A stretch of 64,000 nucleotides of DNA, from positions 25,234,001-25,298,000 of the forward strand of contig NW_025964112.1 in assembly GCF_023055435.1 (NCBI RefSeq). Reading direction: 5' to 3'. Positions 16,201 through 27,440 of the stretch are shown in pieces. The DNA comes from Haliotis rufescens (Eukaryota). Positions within the stretch are counted from its first letter, which is position 1. Each line of letters starts with the position of its first letter. Position numbers and translations under genes: made by a program. The notes below the pieces were generated by a model. The model was given only the letters and a program-made list of their open reading frames with translations, was not told the DNA's origin and searched no databases.

Positions 16201-16916
16201 ATGACTTTTTTTCTTTTTATAATACGAGGGTAAATCTATATAAGATCCACCCTTTGAAAGGCATATAATTTGCATTCTCTAGATATAAACTATCGCTTCT
16301 ATCCACACCCCAACCCGAACCTCTATTAGTCCAGTGTTCTAAAGTTTCTTGTATCCGCTGAATGGAAGCATCTAATGATGTGCTTGTATCCACTGAATTG
16401 ATGTATCTAATGATGCACTTATAGACTCAGATTTGGTTATAACTTCTTGGTTGCTCCGGAAATAAGGTTCGGTATATTTGGTGTCATTTTTACTCAATGA
16501 CATTTTAACCGTCAGCTGGTATTTTATACTATTTAAATCATCTAACGTCTTGTTAATTTTGCTCTATACGATGGGTTTAACATCATTAACATCGATTTTG
16601 GAATTAATATCCATCTTCCATCCTCATAGGTATTTACCAACGTCGGCTGTGGGTACAAATCTTAACTCAACAACCATTTGATTTTTATCAACTTATTGAT
16701 TTTTATCAAGTAAATTATTCAATACAGCTTTTCTCATTCAAGAATAACTTCTCAGCCCACCTTTTTTCGCTTGAGCTTTGATTTCTCTAACAGTCTGGGG
16801 ATATTCCAAACGAATTAAGGTAATCAATTCAGCTTTTCTGATGTAGACCACGTTGTTTTGCCAAAGCCTTCAATTCTATGCAAAATGAGTCAAATGTTTA
16901 AATTGTTATTTTTCAT
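13262..16916 (-). pseudogene. Protein-primed family B DNA polymerase (pPolB), multiply disrupted
   Basis: YLDANNLYGWA, KLMN, YTDTDS, GKMKDE, IYTDFE (exonuclease), GSGWV, a degenerate Zn finger (ERCLHGYSRQDLLEAHKEDC), an endonuclease VII-like VRDHCH (~15110) and N-terminal ELKALAKQRGL. Confidence 0.93.
15279..15566 (+). mobile_element. 5'-truncated SINE (central domain resembles the Meta domain) inserted in pPolB
   Basis: cataccaaaagacgttaaaagatggtacttgttgttaccctgtctggcgctcggcataaagggg followed by a (CTCAC)n tail. It interrupts PolB between ...YIPCG and DAAEKFLEYL. Confidence 0.7.
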
Positions 16917-16920
16917 ATAT

Positions 16921-17127
16921 CTAAACACGTATTCTCCCCAACCTATTCCACTCGTTGATGTAATCTCTCTTCCTAGCGTAAATTATCTGGTTCCTGACCC
17001 TATCAGCGCTGTGTTTCTTGCATAAACAATAACAACCTTTGACCCCTATCCCACATACAGAACATGTATAATTACATTTCCTTGTCTGATGTAAAAGGCA
17101 TGAATCCCACAATATATACCAACGCAC
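16921..17127 (-). CDS. Small Cys-rich (possible Zn-binding) Polinton protein
   Basis: CSVCGIGVKGCYCLCKKH followed by a basic tail. The start is uncertain. Confidence 0.4.
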   Translation of the reverse strand: MRWYILWDSCLLHQTRKCNYTCSVCGIGVKGCYCLCKKHSADRVRNQIIYARKRDYINEWNRLGRIRV

Positions 17128-17300
17128 CTTTGTTGCATTGAATTGGCGTCCCCATGAGTGTAAATGTGCACCGATTCATGGTTAAACACCTATCATATCA
17201 TTTGTCTAAATGCAAATCACATCTCCACTTGGTGAGCAGTCAGCGCTATTTATAGAAGGCGAGTCATCGCTATTTATGTTGCCAGCTCATACGTAATAGA

Positions 17301-17678
17301 TCATAGCTTATGCATAATAATGTAGCTAAATATGGACACACAAGTCAACCCAAAAACTATTAACGCTATCTCGCGATCTTTCTGAGCCTTTGTCGGTGTA
17401 TAAAACTGACTTATTGTTGGCCTTGGCAACATTCTTAAACGTTTGAATTGAATGTCCTTGTTTACGAAGTTCATGATTAGGATATCTTTAGTAGTCATAG
17501 CTAGGCCTACATCTAGGACCATCATACCGATATCATAACCATTAAAATCTAGCTTGGGTGGTGTGGCTTCAGTAATCATTTTAGCTTAACGGGCATAGCC
17601 AATGGCAAAGCCGCTGACCACCACTGAATGATACATTGCATTTACCAACATTTTACCGTCTGTAACTGGAGTAATCAT
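17301..17678 (-). pseudogene. Two small predicted membrane proteins of the Polinton, fused or disrupted
   Basis: MITPVTDGKMLVNAMYHSVVVSGFAIGYAR*...PKLDFNGYDIGMMVLDVGLAMTTKDILI, then an ORF ending IALIVFGLTCVSIFSYII. Confidence 0.5.
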
Positions 17679-17682
17679 ACTT

Positions 17683-18069
17683 TTATAACATTACATGAGG
17701 GTTTAACTCTAATTGAACCTCATCTTGTGCAATTGCAATCAGTGTTTTCTCTTCTCTGGTCTTATAAAACAACCATACCAGCGCTATAATGCCTATGGCA
17801 TAGGGAGTTTTAATCGGGTGTGTGCTATGTTCAGTATTGTGTATTAGTTTTGCCTTTCTCAGTAGCGCACCCTTCCTACCAGCTGCAACTTTTCGAGGAT
17901 TCTTAGTTACTCTGACTTGTGGTGCAATCACTTGCGGTGATTGTGCAATCGGAGCTTGTGGTGTTTCCCCAATTGCTTTTGTTTCCTCATTCACTTGTTG
18001 TGCAATCGGAGTTTCCTCGTTCACATGTTGTGCAATCAGAGATTGTGCAATCGGTATTTCCGTCTCCAT
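17683..18069 (-). CDS. Polinton protein with PIAQ repeats, a basic KNPRKVAAGRKG motif and a C-terminal hydrophobic segment
   Basis: Open 128-aa frame with an ATG and the segment YAIGIIALVWLFY. Confidence 0.6.
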   Translation of the reverse strand: METEIPIAQSLIAQHVNEETPIAQQVNEETKAIGETPQAPIAQSPQVIAPQVRVTKNPRKVAAGRKGALLRKAKLIHNTEHSTHPIKTPYAIGIIALVWLFYKTREEKTLIAIAQDEVQLELNPHVML

Positions 18070-18071
18070 TA

Positions 18072-18495
18072 TTAGTAAGTTAGCCTAGCCATTATTAAAG
18101 TGGTGATAAGTGGGGCTCCGTATCTATGATAAAACTCACAGCTTACTGCGCTTATAGCGTGTTTGATGAATGGGTCTTTCTCGAGAGATTTGAATGAATA
18201 CGGTCGATTTTTTGCTCGGATAGGAAGAAAAGTACTAGCTATAGCTGTGTATAGTTGTAACATAGCCGAACCTATTGTTTTAGTCATGGTTGCTTCCAGT
18301 CTAGACTTGTAACACGCATATAGTTTTTTAATTTCCTCGCCGGTCATGTTATCATTTTTTTTCAGTGGTATAATATTGCCCCAAATATTAGGAACATTTT
18401 CCACCTGCTACCAAAGCCGCGAGTCTTTCTCTATGTTGATCTCTATGTTGATCAACTACAGGTTCTTGGAGCAGTTGTTCGATAAATTACATATC
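18072..18495 (-). pseudogene. Polinton hypothetical protein
   Basis: RERLAALVAGG...YLGQYYT then EEIKKLY...LEKDPF, with a frameshift or stop near 18380. Confidence 0.5.
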
Positions 18496-18589
18496 CAATA
18501 CAGCCTGAAATAATAAATTGTTGCTAAAGAATGAGGATTTCAAACCACATTATTACATAATAACCGCTAATGTTCAATTCATCACATTT

Positions 18590-18750
18590 TGCTAGATTTT
18601 TGCTATTTTTGCTAATTTGGCTATATTTTTGCTATAATTTTGTTATTTTTGCTTTAATTTTGCTTAATTTTACTATATGTTTGCTATAATTTTGCTATAA
18701 ATTTTGCTATTTTTACTGTAATTTTGCTATTCTTTGCTATTTTTGCTGAG
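18590..18750. repeat. AT-rich degenerate ~11-bp repeat (TTTGCTATAAT) inside the Polinton
   Basis: Repeated tttgcta(t)aattt units between the ATPase and the small-ORF cluster. Confidence 0.75.
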
Positions 18751-19333
18751 CAATTGAATAAGTAGCTGGTTGATCAGTTTTTAATACCAGTTTACAGTGC
18801 TTCGTTTCTGTTAACACTTTTCTGATTTTATCTCACTCGAGCTTGGTAGAAATAACATCATTTTTGCGTAGACATTCCTCTAAAGAATCTCAGTCTTTGC
18901 AACGAAGCAGGGCTACCCATTTGGTCTGCTCTCTGAGGTCTTTCAGAACAGATTTTTTTTGAGTAAGTACCCAAACACTTTGCTCCATATGACGTCCGGA
19001 GAATGCTAATATAAAAGCATATCTTTCTTTTTGGTAAGTTGATTCTCCTTTGTATTTTTGGTGACATACTGGTAAACAGTCTTCTAAACGATCGCTCGGA
19101 TCAACTTTGTACACCCCGGGATCATTCATTAGCCAATCTCTCGAAAGGTATGTTTTATTAAAGTTTATAGTCGGGCACAGAATAATAGTATGGGCGAAAA
19201 CATCCCGATAATGACCTTGTAAAATATCTAGAATAAAAGCTGTTTTTCCGCAACCCATTTGCCCACAGATAATAGGGCAGTGCGGTTCTTTAGGTAAAAG
19301 ATTATTAATAGATCGCTTGCACGAATCTTCCAT
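18745..19333 (-). pseudogene. A32/FtsK-like genome-packaging ATPase
   Basis: Walker A GQMGCGKT, IILCPT, and SGRH..QSVWVLTQK...DLREQ. The Walker B region appears deleted and the gene is frameshifted. Confidence 0.85.
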
Positions 19334-20445
19334 TCTGTATATTAAGTTGCGCGTCCATAATCACGTACAAATATATGTTAAATTTACCAGCCTGTTTGGC
19401 GAGCTTCGTTATCTGTATAGTAACACCCTCACTGGCATTTTCTATTCTCCGCCCACTACCGTGTAGTTGGTCATCGTCCGTGGTTCGCATGTCGAGCCAT
19501 AGCGCATACTTTGTGGTAAGGAATTAAGCCATCGTTACACCCCCGAGAGACAGATCTTTCACGACTGCATTAACTTCTGGGCTTCGTTTTATAGAAGGGA
19601 GTTTTTTAATCTCATCCCACTGTTGATATGCTCGCATACCTTGACTATATAGTTGATAAGGCACTCCCTCAATAGTCAATTCTACTTTTGTAATCTTGGA
19701 GTAGTAGAATGCCTCGGTATCTCTTGCAAATGCTTCAGAAGGGTCATCGAACAACATTAAAATACCCTTCAAAGATCTAGCAGGGTCATTTAGATTGATA
19801 TTCCACGTCAAATCTCTTTCGTTTCTGGTGATCTTTCGGTGTCAAAGCACGCGATCGTACAAAATGGCTAAACTTCTGGTATACTGGTTACGAATTTCAT
19901 ATCATACTCCAGTGAGATATTGTCAATAGAATGTGACTATCTAGTAATTCAAAGTCGAGCGGAATATAGAATCGGTTAGCAAATGCATCAGCAACAGCCT
20001 TATCTTCTACGATGGTATTATCGCCAGTAGAAGCACCCACACACAGTCTCAATGTGTTCTGATTACAAATACCTTGGTACTGTAAGTTTTCCCGTTCTTT
20101 AGCCATTCTCCAGAGATCCATGTAACAGAAGTATATATCGCTGTCGTCAATACTCAAAACCTCATTACCGCTAATTTTAATCACGATTTTCTTAACAATC
20201 ACACGACCTATGTTCTGCACGAGCTCCCTGGCCATGTCGGTTGAAGTCAAACTAATAGTAAATGATAGTTGGGCAGTTCCTGGAACTAACATATCGTGAG
20301 AGCCTAGATTAGGAAAGCGAACGTAGAAGTGTTTGATTCTGATCAATGGTACTTGGGTTATTAGTTATAGTTACAAACTGGCAAATTGCTTTGACCCCTA
20401 ATGGATCCCGAAGTCTACGTTGTGGGTTTAACTTTATTATTTTAT
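19305..20445 (-). pseudogene. Putative double jelly-roll major capsid protein
   Basis: Fragments KLNPQRRLRDPLGVK..ITNNPSTIDQNQ, VRFPNLGSHDMLVPGT, WNINLNDPARSLKGILMLF, KITKVELTIEGVP and YALWLDMRTTDDDQLHGSGRRIEN. Total size (~380 aa), beta-rich character and position next to the ATPase fit an MCP. Confidence 0.75.
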
Positions 20446-20447
20446 TA

Positions 20448-20723
20448 ACTTTGACTCTCGCGTTAACCGGTGGTGGTGGTACAGGAGGTGGCACACCATC
20501 TAGTGATAAGGGTGGTGTAAAAGAGTGTATAAAAAAGCATTTAAAAGCATTAGGAGAAGCACTGGGAAATCTCTCTGGGAAAGGCGCATCTGCACTTCCC
20601 GGTATAATAGGGAGTATAGTTTCCTGGCTCTTGAATTTATAAGGAAAGACCGCCACTTGGCTTAGTCAAAACTTGTGGGCACTGATCATAGCAATTGCCG
20701 GGCTGTTGTACGTATCCGCTTAA
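20448..20723 (+). pseudogene. C-terminal remnant of an amphipathic/transmembrane Polinton protein
   Basis: LTLALTGGGGTGGG...LKALGEALGNLSGKGASALPGIIGSIVSWLLNL*GKTATWLSQNLWALIIAIAGLLYV. The 5' part appears to be missing. Confidence 0.6.
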
Positions 20724-20724
20724 G

Positions 20725-21900
20725 ACTATTTATCCAAATCATGAGTAAACCAACCGCGACTCCACATACTGTAAGCGCTGTTTTTTCATCGATTTGTTGT
20801 TGATTTTTAGCGGCAATATATGGTGACACTTGTGGTTGTGCGTCAGTAGATGGTTGTGAAACATGTGGTGTCTGTACCTTTACTGTTCCCATTTCACCTG
20901 TGTTTGTTTGCGTTATTAATTTGGTGTTAATATCTGAATTTATACCTGGTTTTTGTTGATAGGTAGCAATAACAATTTTATTATTATAACCTATCACTTG
21001 GCCGATCTTAAGTTCCATATTACTCGGAGACATGTATAGTCCTGCCCAATAAAAATAGTCTACTTTGGATTGAGTGTACTGTAATACATCTTGATAACGT
21101 TATATAGAAGATGGTATGTCAACTGGTAAATTAATAGCATCCTCTACGTTTGCGACAAACTGTTTTGCACATTGAGCACGGTCCCAAAACCAATCATTCC
21201 CGTTCGTGTTTGTGATTGTGCACGAAGAATTGCCCATACATAAGTTCTTATTGATTAATTAACTCTTACAACTCCTGGGGTAGTAAAATTATTTTCTGTT
21301 TTATCACACAGAAATTCTTTCCAAGCGTTTGCGGTATCGTTTAGTTGCACAAATTATGTAACAATATAAGCTAAACCACACTTAAAACTCATAACATCTC
21401 CTCTCCAATTGTTACTCGAAAGTTCCCAGCCATGATTAAGATTATGCATTCTTACAAAAAGATTAGTTTTTCTGTAACAACTTAAATGGATTGAATGGTT
21501 GATGAGTTTTTTTAACTAAATCTTCACTTTCTTCTTTATCAGTTCTTTGTCCACTGTACGGAACACCTAGACCATGGTTAAGTCCTTTAATACGCCAATT
21601 TTTTACTCGTAGAAATATTAAATTCCTGACAAAAACGTTCATACACGATCCTATTGTACGGATTATTTGTGGAATTCCATGCTTGATCCTGCAGTAATGG
21701 AGCACTTATTTATTTAAGTATACGTCTAAATCTCATAGTACACGTGAAATGATAAAACAGACTTATTTAGTTCAAATCCTGGGGCATAAAGAGATACACC
21801 ACATCCTGTTGTGGCACACCATATGGCAAAGTTTAACTGGTTTTGCAAAAATTGCATTGGATTTTGGAACCATTCATGCACCATTTTATCGCTAGTTCCT
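20725..21900 (-). pseudogene. Polinton hypothetical protein with a C-terminal hydrophobic anchor
   Basis: QNQLNFAIWCATTGCGVS (~21800), RFHVYYEI, QFVANVEDAIN..VDIP..RYQDVLQY..SKVDY, SPSNMELKIGQVIGYNNKIVIA, and C-terminal TALTVCGVAVGLLMIW. Confidence 0.6.
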
Positions 21901-22029
21901 GTGACCCTGTATTTTTCAAAGATATCGAGAAAAATTTAATAAAAAACTAAGCACCAGAGGCACTTACTTAAATCGACTTATTCGTAATGTAAATTGATTT
22001 CATATTTAAGTTATGATATAGTATCTTTG

Positions 22030-22605
22030 TATATTTAATCTGTTTGGTACACTCCCAGGAATAACAAACGGTCAGTCTATTCAACTGCTTCATACTATCG
22101 ATAACTCAGCTGGGCAACTTGAAGTTGCTCTATGCAATGTAACGTATTACCCGCGGTGGACCAATATAAGTGCTGTGAGAGAAAATAATAAGTTATTGAT
22201 AGATAGAGACGTGTACACTATATCTGATGGGTATTACAGCGTATGCTGTCTCAATGATGAAATATTTAAGCCTTTTGGACATAGTCTCAAACAAACTGAG
22301 CCGAATGGGATGCTGATTTTAAACAATGGAGAAAGGGGTGTAACTCTTCTCCCGTACTTCGCAGATACACTTGGATTGTTTGGACAAAAAACAATAATAG
22401 GACCCAATGGAACATCGCATGGAGTTAAATTACCCGATTTAGTCAAAGATGAAAAAAACAATAGTGGTAGAACGGAATCTTTCTCATCATTACAATATAA
22501 AAGTTAAAGCGGGGCCTTTATTTCAGATCTCAAAATGTCTGCATTAGATGTAAAACATCAAACTGTGCATATAGGATACTTGAGTGTAACACTCCATATT
22601 ATAAA
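22030..22605 (+). pseudogene. Putative minor capsid protein (penton-like)
   Basis: IDNSAGQLEVALCNVTYYPRWTNIS..NN..TISDGYYS matches the pattern of Polinton minor capsid proteins. It is frameshifted and internally deleted. Confidence 0.55.
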
Positions 22606-23189
22606 TAATGGTTGATTCATCGGGGCCTGGAACGCATAACCTTAGACAATGTAATAAATTGCGCTATCCAATCTTGGAGACACAGAAGGATTTGGTAAAC
22701 CCGGTACCGATGGCAAGTTATACGCTTTACACTTACAAGATAATGTATACAAGCGAAAAGAAGTTGTATTCACAGGAAATCTAGATTTAAGTGATGTTGA
22801 TGTTAGTAGACTCAATAAAAACACTTCATACAATCTTACTCACAATGATGATAATAAATGGACTATGGTCGAAGAAAAAATCGAGTGGCTACTGAATATC
22901 GTCATTGCCCCACCATATGTGATGACGGGTAAGGTACATCAGTTAACTAAGATAATGAATAGTGGGATCGTACTCAAGACTTATATCCCCACAAAACGAA
23001 AAAGTGTGTTAGTCGCTCCCCTACCAGAAAACCGAGGTTATATAAACATGCACAAAAGTTCAGCGCCACCCACCATATTTGTGAGCTGTTACTTTTGGCA
23101 CTTAATGATGATTATTATTTATTACGTGATGTACGATTGTTATTAGCCGTATATGTAAACCTCATGTGATGCAAAAGTCGACCCAAAGC

Positions 23190-24631
23190 AAGTTTATCTT
23201 GTGTTCCAAAAGAATATGAGCAGAAAGGAATTTTACCGAAGACCAGAAATTGAAGGATTAGAAAACATTGAAAAATTTTTTTTGTCATGTAACTGTCATG
23301 ATATCAGCAGACCATATCAGGTGTTACATAGACACTGATATTGCAAGACAGAAACGTCAGTAACGTGTGTATGATCCACGGACATTGACCACAGCTTCAA
23401 CCCTACGCCTCATACTCATTACAAGTCGTTGAATGCTTCTCTGAGGCAAACGGATCCTTCTTCATGAAGTGCGGCTTCAAGTCCAGCGAGATTTTGAACT
23501 GGGGGATCACGATGTCTGATTTTCCGCCCAAGAATGTCCCAGAGATGCTCAATCGGATTAAGATCCAGACTACAGACCGGCCAAGGAAGAGTGGCAATAG
23601 CTTCCTGACGCGAATAAGCCAAAACTGCATTGTCGTCCATGAAAACAGGTCTTGTCTGAAGAGTATGGTTGTCAAAGTGAGGGACTACCACTGGACGAAG
23701 AATGGCATCTTGGTATCATTGGCCATTCAGGTTTCCACGAATTGTCACCATCGGAAGTTTGCAGCCGAAGGAAACACAACCCCATATCATGACAGACCCC
23801 CCGCCACATGCTAAGGTCTTCTTGATGTTCCTTGGTGCAAAACGAGTGTAACGTTGCCTCCAAACACGTATTTGACCATCAACAGTTCGTAGCAGCATTC
23901 GACACTCGTCAGACCAATGGATCCTTCTCCAGTTGGCCAAGTTCCATCGACTACGGGCACGACACCATATCAGACGATTCCGCATGTGCCTCTCAGTCAG
24001 TTGAGGACGTTTTACTGGTCTTCTGGCGTTATAAAAAGCCGCTCTGAGGCGACGCCTTACGGCCATCGTCAAGAATCTCTGATGGGTAATCCACTGCAGT
24101 CTTAAATCTGTTGAAGTGGCAAATAGATTTCGTCTGACTATCCTGAAAAGATGTCTATGCTCTCTGTTAGAGGTCTTTCTTGGCCTACCAGACCTATGCC
24201 TGTCATTGACATCATTGGTTTGACCATGTTTGACAATCAAACGAGTGATAACACTGTGATGACGACCCATTTGTCTTGCAATGGCCCTGCATGACATGCC
24301 AGCATTTTTCATGCCTATCACTTGCCATCTTTCAACGTTCGTTAACTTTCTCCTCACCATGGCTGATTTTCAACCTCTCTTGGAAGGGGAATCTCACACA
24401 GGAGCAAAATGCAACTACTTGTCTGAAACTTGAATTTCACTATTTACAGGGTAGGGGAACTGCAGCAACACGTAAAGCACGCTTTCCTTGTGGTATCTGG
24501 ACAAATTTGGGTTCATGGATAAATATGGATGCCTAATTCAGTCATACATCATCATATTTCGTATTTCTGATTCCAACACGTGAAATCAAGAGACTATGAA
24601 TATGATGGCGCTTAACTTTTGTGCATGTGTA
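23190..24631 (-). mobile_element. Tc1/mariner DNA transposon nested in the Polinton; transposase 23400-24360 is frameshifted
   Basis: HTH with SGRPRKT, WSDE, GGGSVMIWG, MDDNA and DLNPIEHLWD. A TA-bounded Tc1-like end (ttaacttttgtgcatgtgta) lies at 24612-24631. The left end is not defined. Confidence 0.88.
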
Positions 24632-25022
24632 TATGTTATTGAGTCATCCAGCATTAAAAATGTTAGTTTAAATTTGGTTACTGAATTCAATGATTTAAAA
24701 CAGAACTTGAGTGCTATAGCTGATCTTTCTACACTTATTATTGAAGTCTTGTTTTGGGGATGCATCGGAAGATGCCTTCGAGATATTACCAGGTCTATCA
24801 ATTAAATGGCTCAAGAAACACGAGTGTCGACGTTGCAGTATTATTTATATGGGAGTATCACCCATTGCAACCCTTGAGGGGGTCCAAGTTAATAAAAGTG
24901 AAAGCATTTCTCTTACTAAGATATTTATGCTGCATAATGTACATTTAATAAGGTTGATGTATACTCCCAAAACGTTTAAGCAAGATCAATTAAAGACTAT
25001 TATATGATATAATAATATACAT

Positions 25023-25528
25023 TATGAGTTTATATCTGGTGCTCGATGAAGCATGTGAAAAGATGGAAACTGTTGATGAATTTCGATTACATCAAATAAG
25101 CGACATAAAACATCGAATAGGGAAGGAGAGGGAGTTTAGACTTGAATTGTAACAAAAGTGTCGCAGAGCTGTGAATGTTCTCGATGGAGTTGACACTGCA
25201 CTTGTAACAGCTGGCATGGGACTCGGTGTAGCCGGTGTTGTTAATTATCAACTATAATTGCTGCGCCCAGCATAATTGGTAGCAGCTAGAGGCTCAGGAC
25301 TGGCAGGAATAGCGATAAAATTTATTTCTCGTAAGTTGCAAAAGAAAGCATTAAAACATGACAATATTCGGATTGAGGATCATATTTCAACAGCACTGGC
25401 TGAGTTTTGTCAGAAATAACCAAATACAACGCATTGAAGTAGGAGATTCGATCAAATTCTCATAAGACTAGTGGTATTAGTGAAGATGAGAAAAAAAGTT
25501 CACAGAACAGGGGAGACAACAAGCACTG
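25023..25528 (+). pseudogene. Polinton two-helix membrane/coiled-coil protein whose 3' end is displaced by the DIRS element
   Basis: MSLYLVLDE...FRLHQISDIK...RRAVNVLDGVDTALVTAGMGLGVAGV..STIIAAP..GLAGIAIKFISRKLQKKALKHDNIR, with stops and frameshifts. Confidence 0.6.
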
Positions 25529-25931
25529 CCTGACCCCATTAGCAAAACCTTTGTGCGACTACCGCCGCGGACCAAACTGTCAGCTACCGCTTGACAAGAC
25601 GACTTCCGCCGCCTGGCCCATATACGTGGCAATTGTTTGCCCCAACGTATGTTATTTTACAATTCCCCGGCTGAAAAGTTGGGAAAGACAAGGTTCCCAC
25701 TGAGAAGCAGATAACCCCGGAAAGGTTCCCGCTGAAAAGCAGGTAGCCTTAAGCACGAGTATTAATTTGGAAGCAAGTTAATTCGTTTCTACCAGTGTAG
25801 CCCACAAGAACCCCGCCACAAAGCACCAGAGTGCTACCCCACACCCATGGCCACCCGATACGCGGAGATAGCATTGTTGCCCCGCTTGCCTATGTACTGA
25901 AAAGAAACACTAACCTGTGGAGATAACATCC

Positions 25932-26479
25932 TTACTGGCACAAAACAAGTGCCAGGGCATGCAATAAATTGTCCGTAAACACACACAATCCTTTGTCACT
26001 GAGGTGGACGCCCTCCCAGGCGTACCATGTCTTGTCTGATGCCAGGATCTGGGGATGTGGCACCATTGTACCGCCGAGCTCTTTGACTCGGTTGGCCAGT
26101 CGGCGGTTGATATTCTTCCGCATCCCCTCGATCTTTAGTGGATCCCTGGCATCGTGCCAGTAGCGCCTCGGCAGAATTGAGGATATGATGATCTTGGTGT
26201 CAGGAAGCTGGAGTTGTATCTGAAGGATTGATGCCACCATGTCAAGGTAGAGTTGGCTGCCCTTGACCGAGCACAGGTCGTTGGAGCCCAGGTGAATGAT
26301 GAGGGCTCTGGGGGTGCGCCATGTCGCCTTGACCTGTGCATCCAGAATGGTGTCCAGCTCCTTCCACCTCATCCCCCCTCATGCCAGCCATAGCATCCTC
26401 GGTTGGTTCGGACTGGTGCCCTTCAGGAGCAAGTACTGCCATGCCCTGGCTATGTAGCTGGATCCCACCATCCAAACTG
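25932..26479 (-). pseudogene. SGNH/GDSL hydrolase carried by the retroelement
   Basis: Block I VWMVGSSY, block II GMRW, block III IIHLGSNDL and block V EGVHLS, with one in-frame TGA at 26379-26381. Confidence 0.85.
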
Positions 26480-26523
26480 TAAACAATAAGAAGTGTAGTA
26501 AGTACCATGAAAGACTATTTGAA

Positions 26524-27440
26524 TTAATTGTGTAACATTGAATTTGTTGGTAAGCGTATGTAAGCATTGTAGCAATCTGATTTCCACCTGCCGTATTGTT
26601 GTATGAGGTGTTCGGGCACCCTGTTCATGGCTGCTGATGTGGCTGCCCCAATGTGGAAGGAGTGCGAAGAATAGCAAGCCGTGTTTATGTTGCTGTGTGC
26701 TAAGGCCTTTTTTAGGAGTGCCTGGAATTGGTACCTTGTAACGCGGGAATGGTCGAAATGAACGAATGCATGTTGTGGGCCGGAGGGGCGCGTTTCCAGG
26801 TAGTGCTTGATGGCGACTACCGGACATAGTGGATTACCTGGTATCGATGACATTGTAACTGTTGTCCCCATCCTGTACTGATCAGACTTTGAGTGTGGTA
26901 AATGGATTGAAAGCTGCTGGGGGCTGCCCGAGAAGCTTAAATTCTGGATGGCGCAACCTGTTTTTGAGGGTCCAGTTTGGACCAGTTCGCTAACCCTAAA
27001 GAAACCGAAAAAGGCTGTGCAGTAGACTGCCTTGGACAGTCTGACTTCATATGCTGATGAGCATACGTGAGGCAGATTGTTGGTTACTACCTGCAGCAGA
27101 TCTGCAGTGATCGGTTTTCTGGTGTCTGGTCGGCCCGCTGATTTGTGTAAGCCTGTTAAAATCTTGCCTACCATGAAATGGTTTGTACAGTCGGTGAGCC
27201 CGTGGAATTTGTGGTGTGAAGACAGCGCTGCAATGTAAGTCTTGACTGTGTTAGGGGAGTGGTGAGTGACTGAGCGATAAGCAATGAAGTTTACTGGACT
27301 GGCCACACCTCTTGTAGCTGGTGTGTGGACCGGAACTGGTGCAAGGCATTGATGCCTGTTTGGTAGGTGGCCCATGTATTTGTAGACAGAGATTGTTGTA
27401 GGAGTCTGCCGGCTTCCTGCCTCAGATCAGCCATATGTTG
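26524..27440 (-). pseudogene. Tyrosine recombinase
   Basis: FFGFFRVSEL, SKSDQ, SHSFHIGAAT (the canonical HSFR Arg is replaced by His) and GRWKSDCYNAY. Confidence 0.92.

Noticed and set aside
23150-23220. Left TIR of the nested Tc1
   Set aside because: There is no convincing inverted match to 24605-24631, so the boundary is left approximate.
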